A stretch of DNA of 64,000 bases from Nitrospirales bacterium (GTDB lineage: Bacteria; Nitrospirota; Nitrospiria; Nitrospirales; UBA8639): the NCBI GenBank assembly GCA_965203295.1, contig CBDBCZ010000019.1, positions 2,496,001-2,560,000 of the forward strand, read 5' to 3'. The notes beneath the pieces were generated by a model. It was not told the DNA's origin, made no database searches, and saw only the letters and a list, made by a program, of their open reading frames with translations. Numbering within the stretch: position 1 is the stretch's first letter; each line of letters starts with the position of its first letter. The translations under genes were made by a program, and so were the position numbers. Of this stretch, positions 53,923-64,000 are shown piece after piece.

Positions 53923-54312
53923 GTGAACGAAGCGCAACAGATGGTCTTAGAATTTCACAAACAATTTGATATTCATGTGGCCACGAAACCAACTATTCCT
54001 GATGAAAAGACGAAAGGACTGCGTGTTCGACTCATTCAGGAGGAATTCGATGAATTGAAAGACGCACTCCATACGAAAGATCTCGCCGGTATAGCAAAAG
54101 AGTTAGCAGACCTCCTCTATGTGGTGTATGGCACAGCCGTGTCGTATGGGATTGATATAGAGCCGGTCTTTAGGGAAGTCCAGCGCTCCAACATGAGTAA
54201 AATCGGAGGGTACAAACGAGAAGACGGGAAGTGGGTGAAACCTCCAACATATTCGCCAGCAGATATAGGCCCAATTTTAGAAGCCCAAAGCACGTTCAGT
54301 GCGGTTCAGTAA
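53923..54312 (+). CDS. MazG-like / PRA-PH NTP pyrophosphohydrolase
   Basis: LIQEEFDEL, KELADLLYVVYG, VQRSNMSK, REDGK. Confidence 0.85.
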   Translation: MNEAQQMVLEFHKQFDIHVATKPTIPDEKTKGLRVRLIQEEFDELKDALHTKDLAGIAKELADLLYVVYGTAVSYGIDIEPVFREVQRSNMSKIGGYKREDGKWVKPPTYSPADIGPILEAQSTFSAVQ

Positions 54313-54886
54313 ACATGCCAATTGAAGATCGTGGCGAGGGGATGCCCTGTCTTTTAAATGAGGAATATCGTTCCTCCATGTTCAGAAGCAACCCCTTGAT
54401 CGGTAAGCCCCCTCCATATCCGACCAGTTGACCAGTGCTACCAATGACACGGTGGCACGGAACGACGATCGACAAAGGATTCCGTCCGTTTGCCGCTCCC
54501 ACCGCGCGAGAGGCTTGAGGTTTTCCTATGGCCTTCGCAATCTCACCATAGGAAACGGTTTTCCCATAGGGAACCTTCTTGAGCGCTTGCCAGACCTGCT
54601 GTTGGAACGGCGAGCCTTCCGGAGCCAGTTTAAGCAAAAAGGTTTTCAAGTCTCCTGAAAAATAAGCCTTGAATTGCTTGATTGCCTGTCGAAATGGTTT
54701 TTCGTCATAGGCCCACAAAGGATCTGGCGTCTTGGGGTGTTTCCCGTCCTGAAAGGAAATGAATTTCAACCCTTCCTGATCCCCTGCCAGCAATAACTTT
54801 CCCACCGGGCTTTTTATGACACAATAGTTCAAATTTTGCTTTGACGGTTTTCTCTTCCGTGAAGGGAAGGCTTTGGATCGTTTCAT
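54296..54886 (-). CDS. ogt: Methylated-DNA-protein-cysteine methyltransferase
   Basis: SPVG, FQQQVW, YG..A, RAVGAANGRNP, PCHRVIG. Confidence 0.95.
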   Translation of the reverse strand: MKRSKAFPSRKRKPSKQNLNYCVIKSPVGKLLLAGDQEGLKFISFQDGKHPKTPDPLWAYDEKPFRQAIKQFKAYFSGDLKTFLLKLAPEGSPFQQQVWQALKKVPYGKTVSYGEIAKAIGKPQASRAVGAANGRNPLSIVVPCHRVIGSTGQLVGYGGGLPIKGLLLNMEERYSSFKRQGIPSPRSSIGMFTEPH

Positions 54887-55752
54887 GGTTTGCATGGTTC
54901 TCGTGTTGGTTGCTGAACAAACAAGTTGTCAATTAACCGGACTTTCCCCAATCGAATGGCTCCAAGTAAGACCATCTTGCCCTTTGTTTGTACAAGAGGT
55001 TCCAAGGTGAATGCGTCACAGATAGTCAGATATTCAAGGATGACCTGACGGTCTTTCCTCATTCGCTTCTTCATGACCTCCTGAATTGCTGCTGCAGATC
55101 GCATACCTTTCCTGATGGCCTCTTTTCCGGCTTGAAGGGCCTCGTACAAAGAGACAGCTTTTTTTCGTTGGACAGAGCTCAGATACTGGTTCCGAGAACT
55201 ATAGGCTAATCCATCGGGTTCACGAACAGTTGGACACACGACGATCTTCACCTGCATATTTAAGTCCCGAACGAGTTGTTTCACAACAAGAGTTTGCTGG
55301 TAGTCCTTTTGGCCGAAGATCGCCAGGTCTGGGTCGACGAGGTGCAAAAGCTTCGTGACTGCGGTCGCCACGCCTTGAAAGTGGATTGGCCGCCGTTCCC
55401 CTTCCCAACACTTCGCCAGATGGCTCACGGTAAGAGAGGTTTCAAAACCTGGTGGGTAGAACTCTTGTAATGACGGGATAAACATGACGTCCACATCCTC
55501 ATGGCGGCAAAGCGCGATGTCTTCCTTCAAAGTCTGTGGATATCGCGTGTAGTCTTCTGTCGATCCAAATTGAAGCGGATTGACGAAGAGACTTACAACG
55601 ACGAGATCGCAGCTTTTGCGGGCTCGTTGGATAAGAGCATGATGTCCTGGATGGAAGGCTCCCATGGTGGGGACGAGACCAATGGTTCCCCACTGGCGAC
55701 TTCGGCCCCTTCTCCACTGTTGGATGCCTTGAATCGTCCTTATGATTCGCAT
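54883..55752 (-). CDS. panC: Pantoate-beta-alanine ligase
   Basis: VPTMGAFHPGH, FVNPLQF, FGQKDYQQ, REPDGLAYSSRN, RLIDN. Confidence 0.96.
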   Translation of the reverse strand: MRIIRTIQGIQQWRRGRSRQWGTIGLVPTMGAFHPGHHALIQRARKSCDLVVVSLFVNPLQFGSTEDYTRYPQTLKEDIALCRHEDVDVMFIPSLQEFYPPGFETSLTVSHLAKCWEGERRPIHFQGVATAVTKLLHLVDPDLAIFGQKDYQQTLVVKQLVRDLNMQVKIVVCPTVREPDGLAYSSRNQYLSSVQRKKAVSLYEALQAGKEAIRKGMRSAAAIQEVMKKRMRKDRQVILEYLTICDAFTLEPLVQTKGKMVLLGAIRLGKVRLIDNLFVQQPTREPCKP

Positions 55753-56307
55753 TTATGAAGAGGGCTTGGAACAAGACGGAGGACTTCCATACCGAGACCC
55801 TGGGATGATATCCAGTTTCTGCACATGACTGGAATCATCAACATGATCGAGCAGTTCTTTCACCGAACGGTTCAAAATCGGATGATGCCAATCAGGTACA
55901 ATTTCGGCAAGCGGTGCCAGAACAAACCGGCGGAGGTGAAGGCGTGGGTGAGGAATCGTCAGTCCAGGTTGGGTCATGACCTGTTGTCCGAAAAAAAGAA
56001 TATCGAAGTCCATGGTGCGTGGACCATTTCGTTGATTGAGATCTCGGCCAAGGCCTTTCTCGGTTTCTTGCAGAATTTCAAGAAGGCTATGGGGAGCGAT
56101 ATTCGTTTCGAGCCTTACGACCCCATTGAAGAACCACGTTGAGCCCAAGGTTCCCTCTGGATCGATCGGCTCTGTTTCGTAATACGAAGAAACGCCAGTG
56201 AGTTGTGAATGAGGCAGTAGACTCATAAGAGTCAGAGCTCGATCACAAAATTCCTGACGATCACCCAGGTTGGATCCAAAGCCAATAAAGACCGTTTCTA
56301 GAGACAA
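55753..56307 (-). CDS. folK: 2-amino-4-hydroxy-6-hydroxymethyldihydropteridine diphosphokinase
   Basis: GFGSNLGD, GPRTMDFDIL, IPHPRL..RRFVLAPL. Confidence 0.95.
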   Translation of the reverse strand: MSLETVFIGFGSNLGDRQEFCDRALTLMSLLPHSQLTGVSSYYETEPIDPEGTLGSTWFFNGVVRLETNIAPHSLLEILQETEKGLGRDLNQRNGPRTMDFDILFFGQQVMTQPGLTIPHPRLHLRRFVLAPLAEIVPDWHHPILNRSVKELLDHVDDSSHVQKLDIIPGSRYGSPPSCSKPSS

Positions 56308-56415
56308 TTCTCTTTACCCGACTTTACTCCCCAATGGATAGGGAAATCGAAAAACAAACGGCCCCCTCACCGGAATATGAAGGGTGTCCTTATTCCGAGG
56401 ACTTGATTGACGAGC

Positions 56416-57591
56416 TTACCGCCCAGCTTTTTGTAGGCGTTCTACCGCTTCGGCTAGCCGTTCTTTTGAGGTCGTCACCGTCATCCGAATGTACCCTTCT
56501 CCAGGTTCGCCAAAACCGTTTCCTGGCGTCGTGACGATCCCCGTCTTTTCCAACACGTGCGCGGTGAATGAAGCCGACGTAAATCCTTTGGGCACCCCAA
56601 TCCAAACATAAAAGGCTGCAGTTGGTGTCTCTAACTCTAAGCCCAGTTTTTTGAGCCCAGGCACCAAAATATCTCTTCGCTCTTGATAAATATCACGAAG
56701 TCCCTTCGTGAGTTGATCGTCAGATTCTAGAGCAGTGATTCCTGCTTCTTGTACGGCCTGAAACACTCCCGAATCCAAGTTGCTTTTCACCTTGCCAAGA
56801 CCAGCAATGACTTCTTTTCTTCCTACAGCAAATCCGATTCTCCATCCAGTCATGTTAAAAGTTTTTGACAGCGAATGAAATTCTATGCCGACCTCCATAG
56901 CTCCCTCAGCTTCTAAGAAACTTGCTGGCTGCTTTCCATCGTAATAGATCTCCGAATAGGCAGCATCGTGACACACGATGATGTGATGCTCTTGGGAAAA
57001 AGACACCACCCTCTTAAAAAAGTCTTTGTCCGCAACAACCGAAGTGGGATTATTCGGAGAATTCAAAAACATGAGTTTGGCCTTTTGCGCAATATCCTTG
57101 GGAATTGCGTTGAAATCAGGGAGAAACCCATTTTGTTTCAGGAGAGGCATGAAATATGGTGTACCACCCGCAAAGGTTGTTCCGACTGGATACACAGGAT
57201 ATCCTGGGCTGGGCACGAGAACCACATCGCCGGGATCGATAAAGGCCAATGGCACATGTCCAATACCTTCTTTCGAACCGATGAGGGTCAGAACCTCTGA
57301 TTTGGGATCTACGGTGACTCCAAATCGCCGTTTGTACCACCCAGCCACGGCGGTTCTGAAAGTCAGCATGCCGTCATAGGATGGATATTGATGGTGTGTG
57401 GGATTTTCTGCGGCTTGCTTAAGACGTTCAATAATTGGAGTCGGGGTCGACAAATCGGGATCTCCAATCCCCAAGTTGATGATATTCACTCCCCGATCAA
57501 TAGCCTGCTGTTTCATTTCGTCGATAGCCGCAAAAAGGTATGGGGGTAGGGTACGGATTCGCTCTGCATAAGAAATGGGAAAACCAGACAT
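56416..57591 (-). CDS. dapL: LL-diaminopimelate aminotransferase (class I PLP)
   Basis: LPPYLFA, LGIGDPD, LIGSKEG, PNNPT, HDAAYSE, SLSKTFNMTGWRIG, KSNLDSG. Confidence 0.85.
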   Translation of the reverse strand: MSGFPISYAERIRTLPPYLFAAIDEMKQQAIDRGVNIINLGIGDPDLSTPTPIIERLKQAAENPTHHQYPSYDGMLTFRTAVAGWYKRRFGVTVDPKSEVLTLIGSKEGIGHVPLAFIDPGDVVLVPSPGYPVYPVGTTFAGGTPYFMPLLKQNGFLPDFNAIPKDIAQKAKLMFLNSPNNPTSVVADKDFFKRVVSFSQEHHIIVCHDAAYSEIYYDGKQPASFLEAEGAMEVGIEFHSLSKTFNMTGWRIGFAVGRKEVIAGLGKVKSNLDSGVFQAVQEAGITALESDDQLTKGLRDIYQERRDILVPGLKKLGLELETPTAAFYVWIGVPKGFTSASFTAHVLEKTGIVTTPGNGFGEPGEGYIRMTVTTSKERLAEAVERLQKAGR

Positions 57592-57741
57592 TCCTTTACA
57601 CTCCTTTCTTTTTATACAACGCAAATAACTGACAGAAATTTCGAAAGTTTTCACGTTACTTCATGGCATGGGGTGTAATCAAGAAAAGCAGAGTCAGAGC
57701 TCTTGGTTTTCAGTATTTTTCAGGTTGAATAGGCTGGAGTT

Positions 57742-58440
57742 TTAATGAGAAGTCAGATGGTCAATCAATCGATCGGCGAGATCATGAAGGGATGGCAGGA
57801 TTGTGACAGCTGATTCAATCAGTTGCTCGGTTGTGATATTTGCCTGGCGAAGATCGCCAAGACCTTCTTTGCAAAGGACTCTTATGCCGGCGAGATCTAA
57901 CTCAAGATGAAAAAGAAGTCCGTAAGCGGACGGGGTTAACCGAAAAGCTTGGGTTGGATACATGCTTGAAGAAGCCAGCGGGACGACTCCAGGGGGAAGC
58001 TCAATCCCCTCCCCGTGCCATTGGAATACTTCCATTGATGGCAGGAACATGCTGAACAACGTATCGGATTGTCCTTCTAAAGTGGTTGAGACCTGACAAA
58101 ATCCGATTTCCAGTTTCGGTCCTGGCACGACTCGTCCACCAAATGCCTTTGCGAGCAATTGTGATCCTAAACAAATTCCTACGGTAGGCACCCCCTGGGT
58201 TGCGACTTCTTGAATAAATTCCAGTTCTTCACCTACCCAGGGCTCGTGGTGATTGACGGACATAGGACCACCCATGATGAGAAGAAAATCCGGAACGTTC
58301 TTGGGAATTCCCTCGACGGGTACTAATCGAGTATAAAGGTTGTAGCGCCTTTTCGATAATGAAGATGCAAGAACGCGTGGTCCTTCGAAAGAAACATGCT
58401 GAAGACAAAGGGCAGACTTCACGGATGTTCCACCAGTCAA
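57742..58440 (-). CDS. Type 1 glutamine amidotransferase (GMP-synthase-like)
   Basis: LQHVSFEGP, MGGPMS, GICLGSQL, FQWHG, FHLE. Confidence 0.88.
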   Translation of the reverse strand: MTGGTSVKSALCLQHVSFEGPRVLASSLSKRRYNLYTRLVPVEGIPKNVPDFLLIMGGPMSVNHHEPWVGEELEFIQEVATQGVPTVGICLGSQLLAKAFGGRVVPGPKLEIGFCQVSTTLEGQSDTLFSMFLPSMEVFQWHGEGIELPPGVVPLASSSMYPTQAFRLTPSAYGLLFHLELDLAGIRVLCKEGLGDLRQANITTEQLIESAVTILPSLHDLADRLIDHLTSH

Positions 58441-58498
58441 CTATCGAGGAAGTGTGGGTGACGAACGCTTGCAGGAGGCGCTGGTCGAATCCAAAAAA

Positions 58499-59134
58499 TC
58501 AGGAAAAGGTGTGACCGTTCTTCACGTTGACACACTCGACCAAGTGCCAATACCGGAATGGATTAACCTTTTCTTTTCTGGAGACCATGAGGGATGTGCC
58601 TTCTAGGATGGTATTGAGAGACAGGTCTGTTCGGAAGCCCATATGCATACACATGGGTGAAATCATTTTTTCCATAGCAGCGAGGAAAGGATTCCCATTC
58701 CTGAAATGGTTGAGCATAACGATCCGTCCGCCTGGTTTACACACTCGAATCATTTCTGAAATCACCGGACGATAGTCGGGAACCGCGGTGACCACATACG
58801 CGGCCATCACGATGTCAAACGAGTTTTCTTCGAACTCCATTTTTCCGGCATCCATACGTTGAACCGAGACGTGGTCCATTTGGTGCGTTTCAATTCTTTT
58901 TTGTGCTTTTTCTAGCATACCGAATGAAAGATCAATACCCACAACTTCACAATGCCGAGGATACAGGGGGAGAGAGATGCCAGTTCCCACACCGACCTCT
59001 AAGACTCGATCACTGGGGGCAACTTTCAAACTATGAATGGCAAACTCACGTGAAGAATGCATGAATTTTCCAAATGTTTGGTCGTACAGGCCAGCGTAGT
59101 TGGTATAGACACGCTCAATTTTCTCCAAATTCAT
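58499..59134 (-). CDS. pmtA: Class I SAM methyltransferase, phospholipid N-methyltransferase-like
   Basis: VY...A.LYD..FG, VLEVGVGTG.SLP.Y, RVCKPGG.I..LNHF. Confidence 0.7.
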   Translation of the reverse strand: MNLEKIERVYTNYAGLYDQTFGKFMHSSREFAIHSLKVAPSDRVLEVGVGTGISLPLYPRHCEVVGIDLSFGMLEKAQKRIETHQMDHVSVQRMDAGKMEFEENSFDIVMAAYVVTAVPDYRPVISEMIRVCKPGGRIVMLNHFRNGNPFLAAMEKMISPMCMHMGFRTDLSLNTILEGTSLMVSRKEKVNPFRYWHLVECVNVKNGHTFS

Positions 59135-59528
59135 CACGCTTCCGTTGGAATCATTCTTGTTCATTAGCTTGTTCACACGCATCCTCATTTAGGTACACCG
59201 AAAAGAGGCTCACATGATGTGGTTATCACATTAGCAGCGGAAATCTGATTCTGCGAAGGGCTATTCAGAGGGCCCACCTGAGACAAAAAGCGCGGCTACT
59301 CTACCCAACTTAGAAAACTGAGTCAACTATTTTCATTGCCTCACCTGAAAGCTCCGATAGGTTTTGACAATGTGTCACTGTGTCGACAGGGAGATTGATC
59401 ATTGATAAAGGACCAGGGATTGCAAAGGGCAAGTTGGTCCCATACAATCTTTATCATGATGAGATTGTTTCCATCAGACCTAATGTTTCTGGCATATTTT
59501 CACCTAATGTCAAGCAGAGGAGGCGCAC

Positions 59529-60194
59529 ATGAGGGTGTTCACCAATAGCCGAAAGGGAAAGGTGAGGTGGGGACTCACTGTGATCTTCATAGGTTTTGCA
59601 ATGAGTGCAACCCAGGTGTTGGCCATCGATGTGAAAATGACGATGGAGGAGGCCCAACGAGCTCTGGCTACCGGTCGGGAGCCCATGGAAAAAGCCGAAA
59701 CGGTGGAAGATGTCGCCAAGGTCATTAAAGCTGCCGATAAGGCGGTTCGGATTGGTGCGAAACTTGAGGGAAATCCTTGTGGGACCAGTGCCATTCTAAA
59801 AACAAAAACGTATTGGTTGGAATATTTCGGCCGTCGTGAGGCTGCTGAATCGAAAAGACAGAAACGGGACGTGCGAATGCCTGAAAACAAGATTCATGAG
59901 ATTCTTGAGATGCCTTACCTGGAACTGGAAATCGGAATATGTGGTGATGAAGAATTTTTTGCTGAAGGCGTTCAAGTTGTGCTTCAGCAGGGACGGAGAA
60001 ATATTCAACCAGTTGATGTTGGCAAGCCCGGAAGGGGCAGGAAAATCCCCGGCCATGCTTCTTCCTTCACTTCACGATTTACAGCCCGGTTTGCCTATCT
60101 GGACATAGACCTTAAAGCCGATTCTGTGATCGCAATATTTTTCCCTGATGGAAAACTCATTAATCTTGAAGCCCAATTTTCAAAGATACAGTAG
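59529..60194 (+). CDS. Exported hypothetical protein
   Basis: RBS GAGGAGG, signal peptide ending VLA. Confidence 0.75.
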   Translation: MRVFTNSRKGKVRWGLTVIFIGFAMSATQVLAIDVKMTMEEAQRALATGREPMEKAETVEDVAKVIKAADKAVRIGAKLEGNPCGTSAILKTKTYWLEYFGRREAAESKRQKRDVRMPENKIHEILEMPYLELEIGICGDEEFFAEGVQVVLQQGRRNIQPVDVGKPGRGRKIPGHASSFTSRFTARFAYLDIDLKADSVIAIFFPDGKLINLEAQFSKIQ

Positions 60195-60315
60195 GTAAAT
60201 TGAAAAAACAGATGGGAGTTATCTTATCCGCTAAATCGAGCCCACATAACAAGCATTCCCCTCTCAATCACTGAGAGTCTAAAAAGTTGTTCAAGAGCCC
60301 AATGCCTTAATTACA

Positions 60316-62076
60316 TTATCCTTCGTCTGTCAAAGCATCCCTGACGGGCACCTCGAGCTCAGCGAGACGAAGCGTATAGAGGTGATGATAGAACCCACCG
60401 AGCCGCATGAGCTCGGGATGTGCTCCCTCTTCACAAATCGTGCCTTTGTTCAACACGAAAATTCGATTCGCCTGCTGGATGGTGGTTAACCGATGGGCGA
60501 TAACCACAGTGGTTCTTCCTGCCATCAGACGCCCGAGCGCTTGCTGAACCAGCATTTCTGACTCTGAATCAAGCGCTGAGGTGGCCTCATCAAGGATCAG
60601 CAGCCGGGGATTTTTCAAAATGGCACGGGCAATGGCGATCCGTTGGCGTTGGCCTCCAGAAAGATTGATGCCCTTTTCTCCTACCTGAGTCTGGTACCCG
60701 TCAGGCAAGGCCATGATAAAGTCATCTGCATTGGCTGCCTGACTTGCTGCCACAACCTCGTCATATGTCGCGGCATCTCGCCCGTAGCGGATATTTTCAA
60801 AAACCGTATCGCCGAACAGAATCGTTTCTTGGGGAACCAGCGCGATTTGTCTGTACAAACTATCGAGTTGAACCTCTCGTAAGTCATACCCGTCGATGGT
60901 CACGCTACCCTCGATTGGATCGTAAAACCGGTGAAGCAAATTCGCGACCGTCGTTTTTCCTGAGCCAGTGGGGCCGACTAACGCCACAAGTTCTCCTGGT
61001 TGAATGTCAAAAGAGACATCGGTCAAAACCAGGTGCCGTTGATCATAGGCAAACCCCACATGGGAAAAACGAACCTTTCCTTGAAGAGTTGGAAGAATCA
61101 ATGTCTGGGCATGGTCTGTCACCTCTGGATGAGTGTCCAAGAGTTCAAAAACACGCAGCAGGGCACCCTGAGTCTCCTTGAATTGTGAGAACAGCCGTGC
61201 CCCCGACCCGAAAGGACCAATCAAGATGCCTGCGAACAAGACAAATGCAAACAGATCCCCGGGCGACATGGTCTGATCGATAACCTGTTTCCCCCCATAC
61301 CATAGAACCATTCCAGCCATCACAAACGTCAACAAGGTCACGGTAGGAATAAAAAGGGCCAAAATGGCCTTTCGTTTGAGGGTCTTTGTGATGAGTTGGT
61401 GTAAGGCCACCCGAAATCGACTGTTCTCCTGTTCAGTTTGTACAAAAGACTTCACAACACGAATGCCAGATATCACTTCCTCTACGAGGGTTGTGAGCAA
61501 GGCAGTTTGATCTTGGATGGCTGTTGACAATGACTTTAATCGTCGACCAAACAACCTGGCGATCAGAATCAGGATAGGTAACAGCACGAGAATGAACAGG
61601 CACAGCTGCCAATTCATATACAGAAGAAAACCCACCCCTCCAATCAGAGTCACAAGGTGTTTTGCCGTGTCGATAGGGGTTTCGCTGACGATGGTTTGAA
61701 TCACTCCAATATCATTCATCAGACGTGAAAGGATATCTCCTGTACGGCGTTTGGCAAAAAAATTCAGTGACAGACGTTGCAGGTGAGCAAACACGTGGAT
61801 CCGAAAATCCGCCATGAGATGTTGTGAGACCCTGGCTGCTAAATAGTTCTGCCCCATAGAAATCAGGCTTTGGACCATCACAATGACGGAAAGAACGACA
61901 ATTGATTGGGTTAACAGTTCCAAATCCCGTTGAACGGTGATAATGTCGAATAGGCCTCCTGCCAAACGTATGAGAACCAGATTGAAGGCCGCAACGACCA
62001 TGACTAAAAAGGCAGAGAGGCCCATTTGAGGAACGTAGGGACGAAGAAATCGATAAAACCGAGAATATGGTGACAT
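60316..62076 (-). CDS. ABC exporter, fused permease/ATPase (MsbA-like)
   Basis: TM domain; GPTGSGKT, LSGGQRQR, ILDEATSALD, IAHRL. Confidence 0.93.
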   Translation of the reverse strand: MSPYSRFYRFLRPYVPQMGLSAFLVMVVAAFNLVLIRLAGGLFDIITVQRDLELLTQSIVVLSVIVMVQSLISMGQNYLAARVSQHLMADFRIHVFAHLQRLSLNFFAKRRTGDILSRLMNDIGVIQTIVSETPIDTAKHLVTLIGGVGFLLYMNWQLCLFILVLLPILILIARLFGRRLKSLSTAIQDQTALLTTLVEEVISGIRVVKSFVQTEQENSRFRVALHQLITKTLKRKAILALFIPTVTLLTFVMAGMVLWYGGKQVIDQTMSPGDLFAFVLFAGILIGPFGSGARLFSQFKETQGALLRVFELLDTHPEVTDHAQTLILPTLQGKVRFSHVGFAYDQRHLVLTDVSFDIQPGELVALVGPTGSGKTTVANLLHRFYDPIEGSVTIDGYDLREVQLDSLYRQIALVPQETILFGDTVFENIRYGRDAATYDEVVAASQAANADDFIMALPDGYQTQVGEKGINLSGGQRQRIAIARAILKNPRLLILDEATSALDSESEMLVQQALGRLMAGRTTVVIAHRLTTIQQANRIFVLNKGTICEEGAHPELMRLGGFYHHLYTLRLAELEVPVRDALTDEG

Positions 62077-62202
62077 TGACAATAGCAATGCGTTAGAGGG
62101 AAAGAATTTGAGGGTATGGAGAAAAGATAAAAGTCAAGAAGATCATCGAGGGCAAAGGGAGGACTACGGACAGGAAGGAATTAAAAAATCCGGTTATTCT
62201 AG

Positions 62203-62425
62203 TTATTCTAATTGTGTCACAGATTCGATCATGTTCTTGTTGAGTGCGACAAAATCTGCCTGTTCTTTCCCATCAATGCTGACATCGGTGAGGGTAATGA
62301 AAAACACGGTCTCATCATTGAAAGAGATCAGAAACTCGATTTCGCATGGAGGGAACAAAGAGCGTACCAACATAGGTACTCAGCGATGTCCGTATTCGGA
62401 TTCTTGTTCGTTTCCCCAGATGCAT
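62203..62425 (-). pseudogene. Small beta-rich hypothetical protein with +1 frameshift near 62322
   Basis: MHLGKRTRIRIRT...RNRVSDL then shifted NDETVFFITLTDV...FVALNKNMIESV. Confidence 0.5.
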
Positions 62426-62453
62426 GTACGCTCCGGGAATGAAGAGTCAGGAA

Positions 62454-62549
62454 TTAATTGCGACGCCGAGCAAACTTCATTCGTCTGCGAAGTTTTTTAT
62501 GCTTGTGCTTCCGCATTTTTTTTCTTCTTTTCTTGACAACACTGGACAT
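62454..62549 (-). CDS. 31-aa basic protein, bS22/AURKAIP1-COX24 (DUF1713) family
   Basis: MSSVVKKRRKKMRKHKHKKLRRRMKFARRRN; RBS GAGG; below the ORF-track length cutoff. Confidence 0.88.
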   Translation of the reverse strand: MSSVVKKRRKKMRKHKHKKLRRRMKFARRRN

Positions 62550-62776
62550 ACCAATTCCTCTTCACATGATCACTAAAAGGCGAACTTCTTAAGGATCACT
62601 TTAGTGCCTAGTAGGCTTTGCACCTCAAGGCAGGCAGAGCTCTAAGGAGAAAAGTCAACTTACAGAGGTTTCTCTGAGGTGTCAAGGAAACTGCTGGAAA
62701 ACATCCCGATCTATTGGTTATATTCAAAATGAAGACTATTTTCTTGACCGCAATCCTTATATTCTCGCTATAATCC

Positions 62777-63256
62777 TTGGCTATGCTTTCTCCTCATATT
62801 CTCCGATCTCTGCCATCCTTGCTGCTGGGTTTAGCACTTGGACTTTTGTGGGGATGCTCTTCGGACGCTCCGACTCACCCTGAAGCCCATGCCCGGCATG
62901 AAAGGATTGTCGATGCCGTGGAGAACTTACGAACCGCTTATGTTGAGAGGAATATTCAGGCAGTGAACGGTTTATTGCTGCCCTTGGGTGACCTTCAAGG
63001 CCTTAAAGAAGACATGCGAAATGATTTTGAAGTGTTTTCGGACATTTCGCTCGAGTTTTCTATTGTACGCATCAATATTAAAGGCGATCAGATCAATGTT
63101 TTTGTGCATTGGCAAGGAGATTGGAAAAAGACCCTCGATGATAGTAGAACGAATGTCCGAGGCCAGGGAATTCTCCAATGGAGTGGAACCCAAGTTATTT
63201 TGCTCTCAGGAATAGATGGGGACTTACCATTTGGAATGGCTTCTCGGCAGGCTTAG
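62777..63256 (+). CDS. Lipoprotein, unknown function (NTF2-like fold possible)
   Basis: Lipobox LWGC. Confidence 0.72.
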   Translation: MAMLSPHILRSLPSLLLGLALGLLWGCSSDAPTHPEAHARHERIVDAVENLRTAYVERNIQAVNGLLLPLGDLQGLKEDMRNDFEVFSDISLEFSIVRINIKGDQINVFVHWQGDWKKTLDDSRTNVRGQGILQWSGTQVILLSGIDGDLPFGMASRQA

Positions 63257-63285
63257 ACTCTCGCAAAACAGATAAAGGTTCCTCC

Positions 63286-64000
63286 ATGACAGCAAAGAGC
63301 AGTCACATACGCCGACCCAACCAACAAGAAGCCGACTTTCTTGTGATCGGTAGTGGTGTCGCTGGATTGAGAGCCGCAATTGAGCTTGCCCAATTTGGCC
63401 GAGTGTATGTGGTTACCAAGGGACCCACCGCGGAAGGAAGCTCAATCTACGCTCAAGGGGGCGTGGCAGTGGCTTTACACGAAGAAGATGATGTCCGACT
63501 TCACTTTACGGATACCATGAGAGCTGGTCACCATCTTTGTCGCAAAGACGCAACAAGAGTGTTAGTAGAAGATGGTCTTGATCGAATTCAAGAACTGATT
63601 GCCTGGGGCGCAAAGTTTGACAAGATTGACGGGAAATTTGCATTCACCAAAGAAGGTGCCCATAGTCGGAGTCGAGTGTTGCGGGCATGTGGAGATTCCA
63701 CAGGCAATGAAATTGTCCAAGTCCTATTGGCCAAGGCTAGACTTGAAAAAAATATTGGTTGGTTAGACCATCACTTTAGCATTGATTTATTAATCAACGG
63801 TGGTCGATGTGGTGGAGTCGTGGCTCTTGATGAGGCTACTGGGCAATTCGTCATGCTTCGTGCCTCAGCCGTGTTATTGGCGACTGGAGGGGCGGGGCAA
63901 ATGTATGCCAGAACAACGAACCCTTCCAGTGCAACAGGGGATGGCATTGCCATGGCGTATCGAGCAGGCGCGGTGCTGGAAGACATGGAGTTTGTGCAAT
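63286..64000 (+). CDS. nadB: L-aspartate oxidase, runs off the window end
   Basis: VIGSGVAGL, SIYAQGGVA, EGAHSRSR, LATGGAG, TTNP..ATGDGIAMA, DMEFVQ. Confidence 0.93.
   Translation, partial: MTAKSSHIRRPNQQEADFLVIGSGVAGLRAAIELAQFGRVYVVTKGPTAEGSSIYAQGGVAVALHEEDDVRLHFTDTMRAGHHLCRKDATRVLVEDGLDRIQELIAWGAKFDKIDGKFAFTKEGAHSRSRVLRACGDSTGNEIVQVLLAKARLEKNIGWLDHHFSIDLLINGGRCGGVVALDEATGQFVMLRASAVLLATGGAGQMYARTTNPSSATGDGIAMAYRAGAVLEDMEFVQ

Overview
64 kb of a bacterial chromosome, most likely Nitrospira/Nitrospirales (nitrite oxidiser), inferred from an NxrC-type (EB_dh/DOMON heme b) gene and a gene content typical of that group. The first ~18.5 kb is a coherent accessory region. A phytochrome-type (COG4251-like) histidine kinase, two Rcp1-like receivers and a REC-PAS-AAA+ sigma-54 activator are followed by two near-identical promoter blocks (TGAGAC-N8-GTCTCA palindrome, AT-rich spacer, TGGCAC -24 box). 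Each block precedes a small CxxC...CxxC Zn-ribbon gene. The first unit ends in the N-terminal stub of a DNA photolyase cut off by a RAYT-type transposase with 21-bp inverted repeats. The second is a ~12.8 kb operon: two secreted Cys-less FGE-like proteins, a His-rich helical protein, a c-type heme protein, a cupredoxin-like protein, TIGR01777, a peroxiredoxin, YbgA, a CarH/LitR-like B12 photoreceptor, CbiX and a flavin oxidoreductase. I read this as a putative, apparently uncharacterised sigma-54-controlled light/photo-oxidative stress system that is partly decaying. The remainder is mostly housekeeping: lspA, ileS, nadA, TPP riboswitch-thiC-thi4 (non-Cys type), ygfZ, ipdC-like, gcvP, HU, arsM-arsS, pgl, fsa/tal, udgB, glycerate kinase, ogt, panC, folK, dapL, pmtA, an MsbA-like ABC transporter, a bS22-like peptide and nadB. 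About a dozen genes carry nonsense codons, short tandem duplications or homopolymer frameshifts, pointing to genome erosion and/or consensus errors. No rRNA, intact tRNA or CRISPR array was seen. All calls are from motif reading by eye; no database searches were run.
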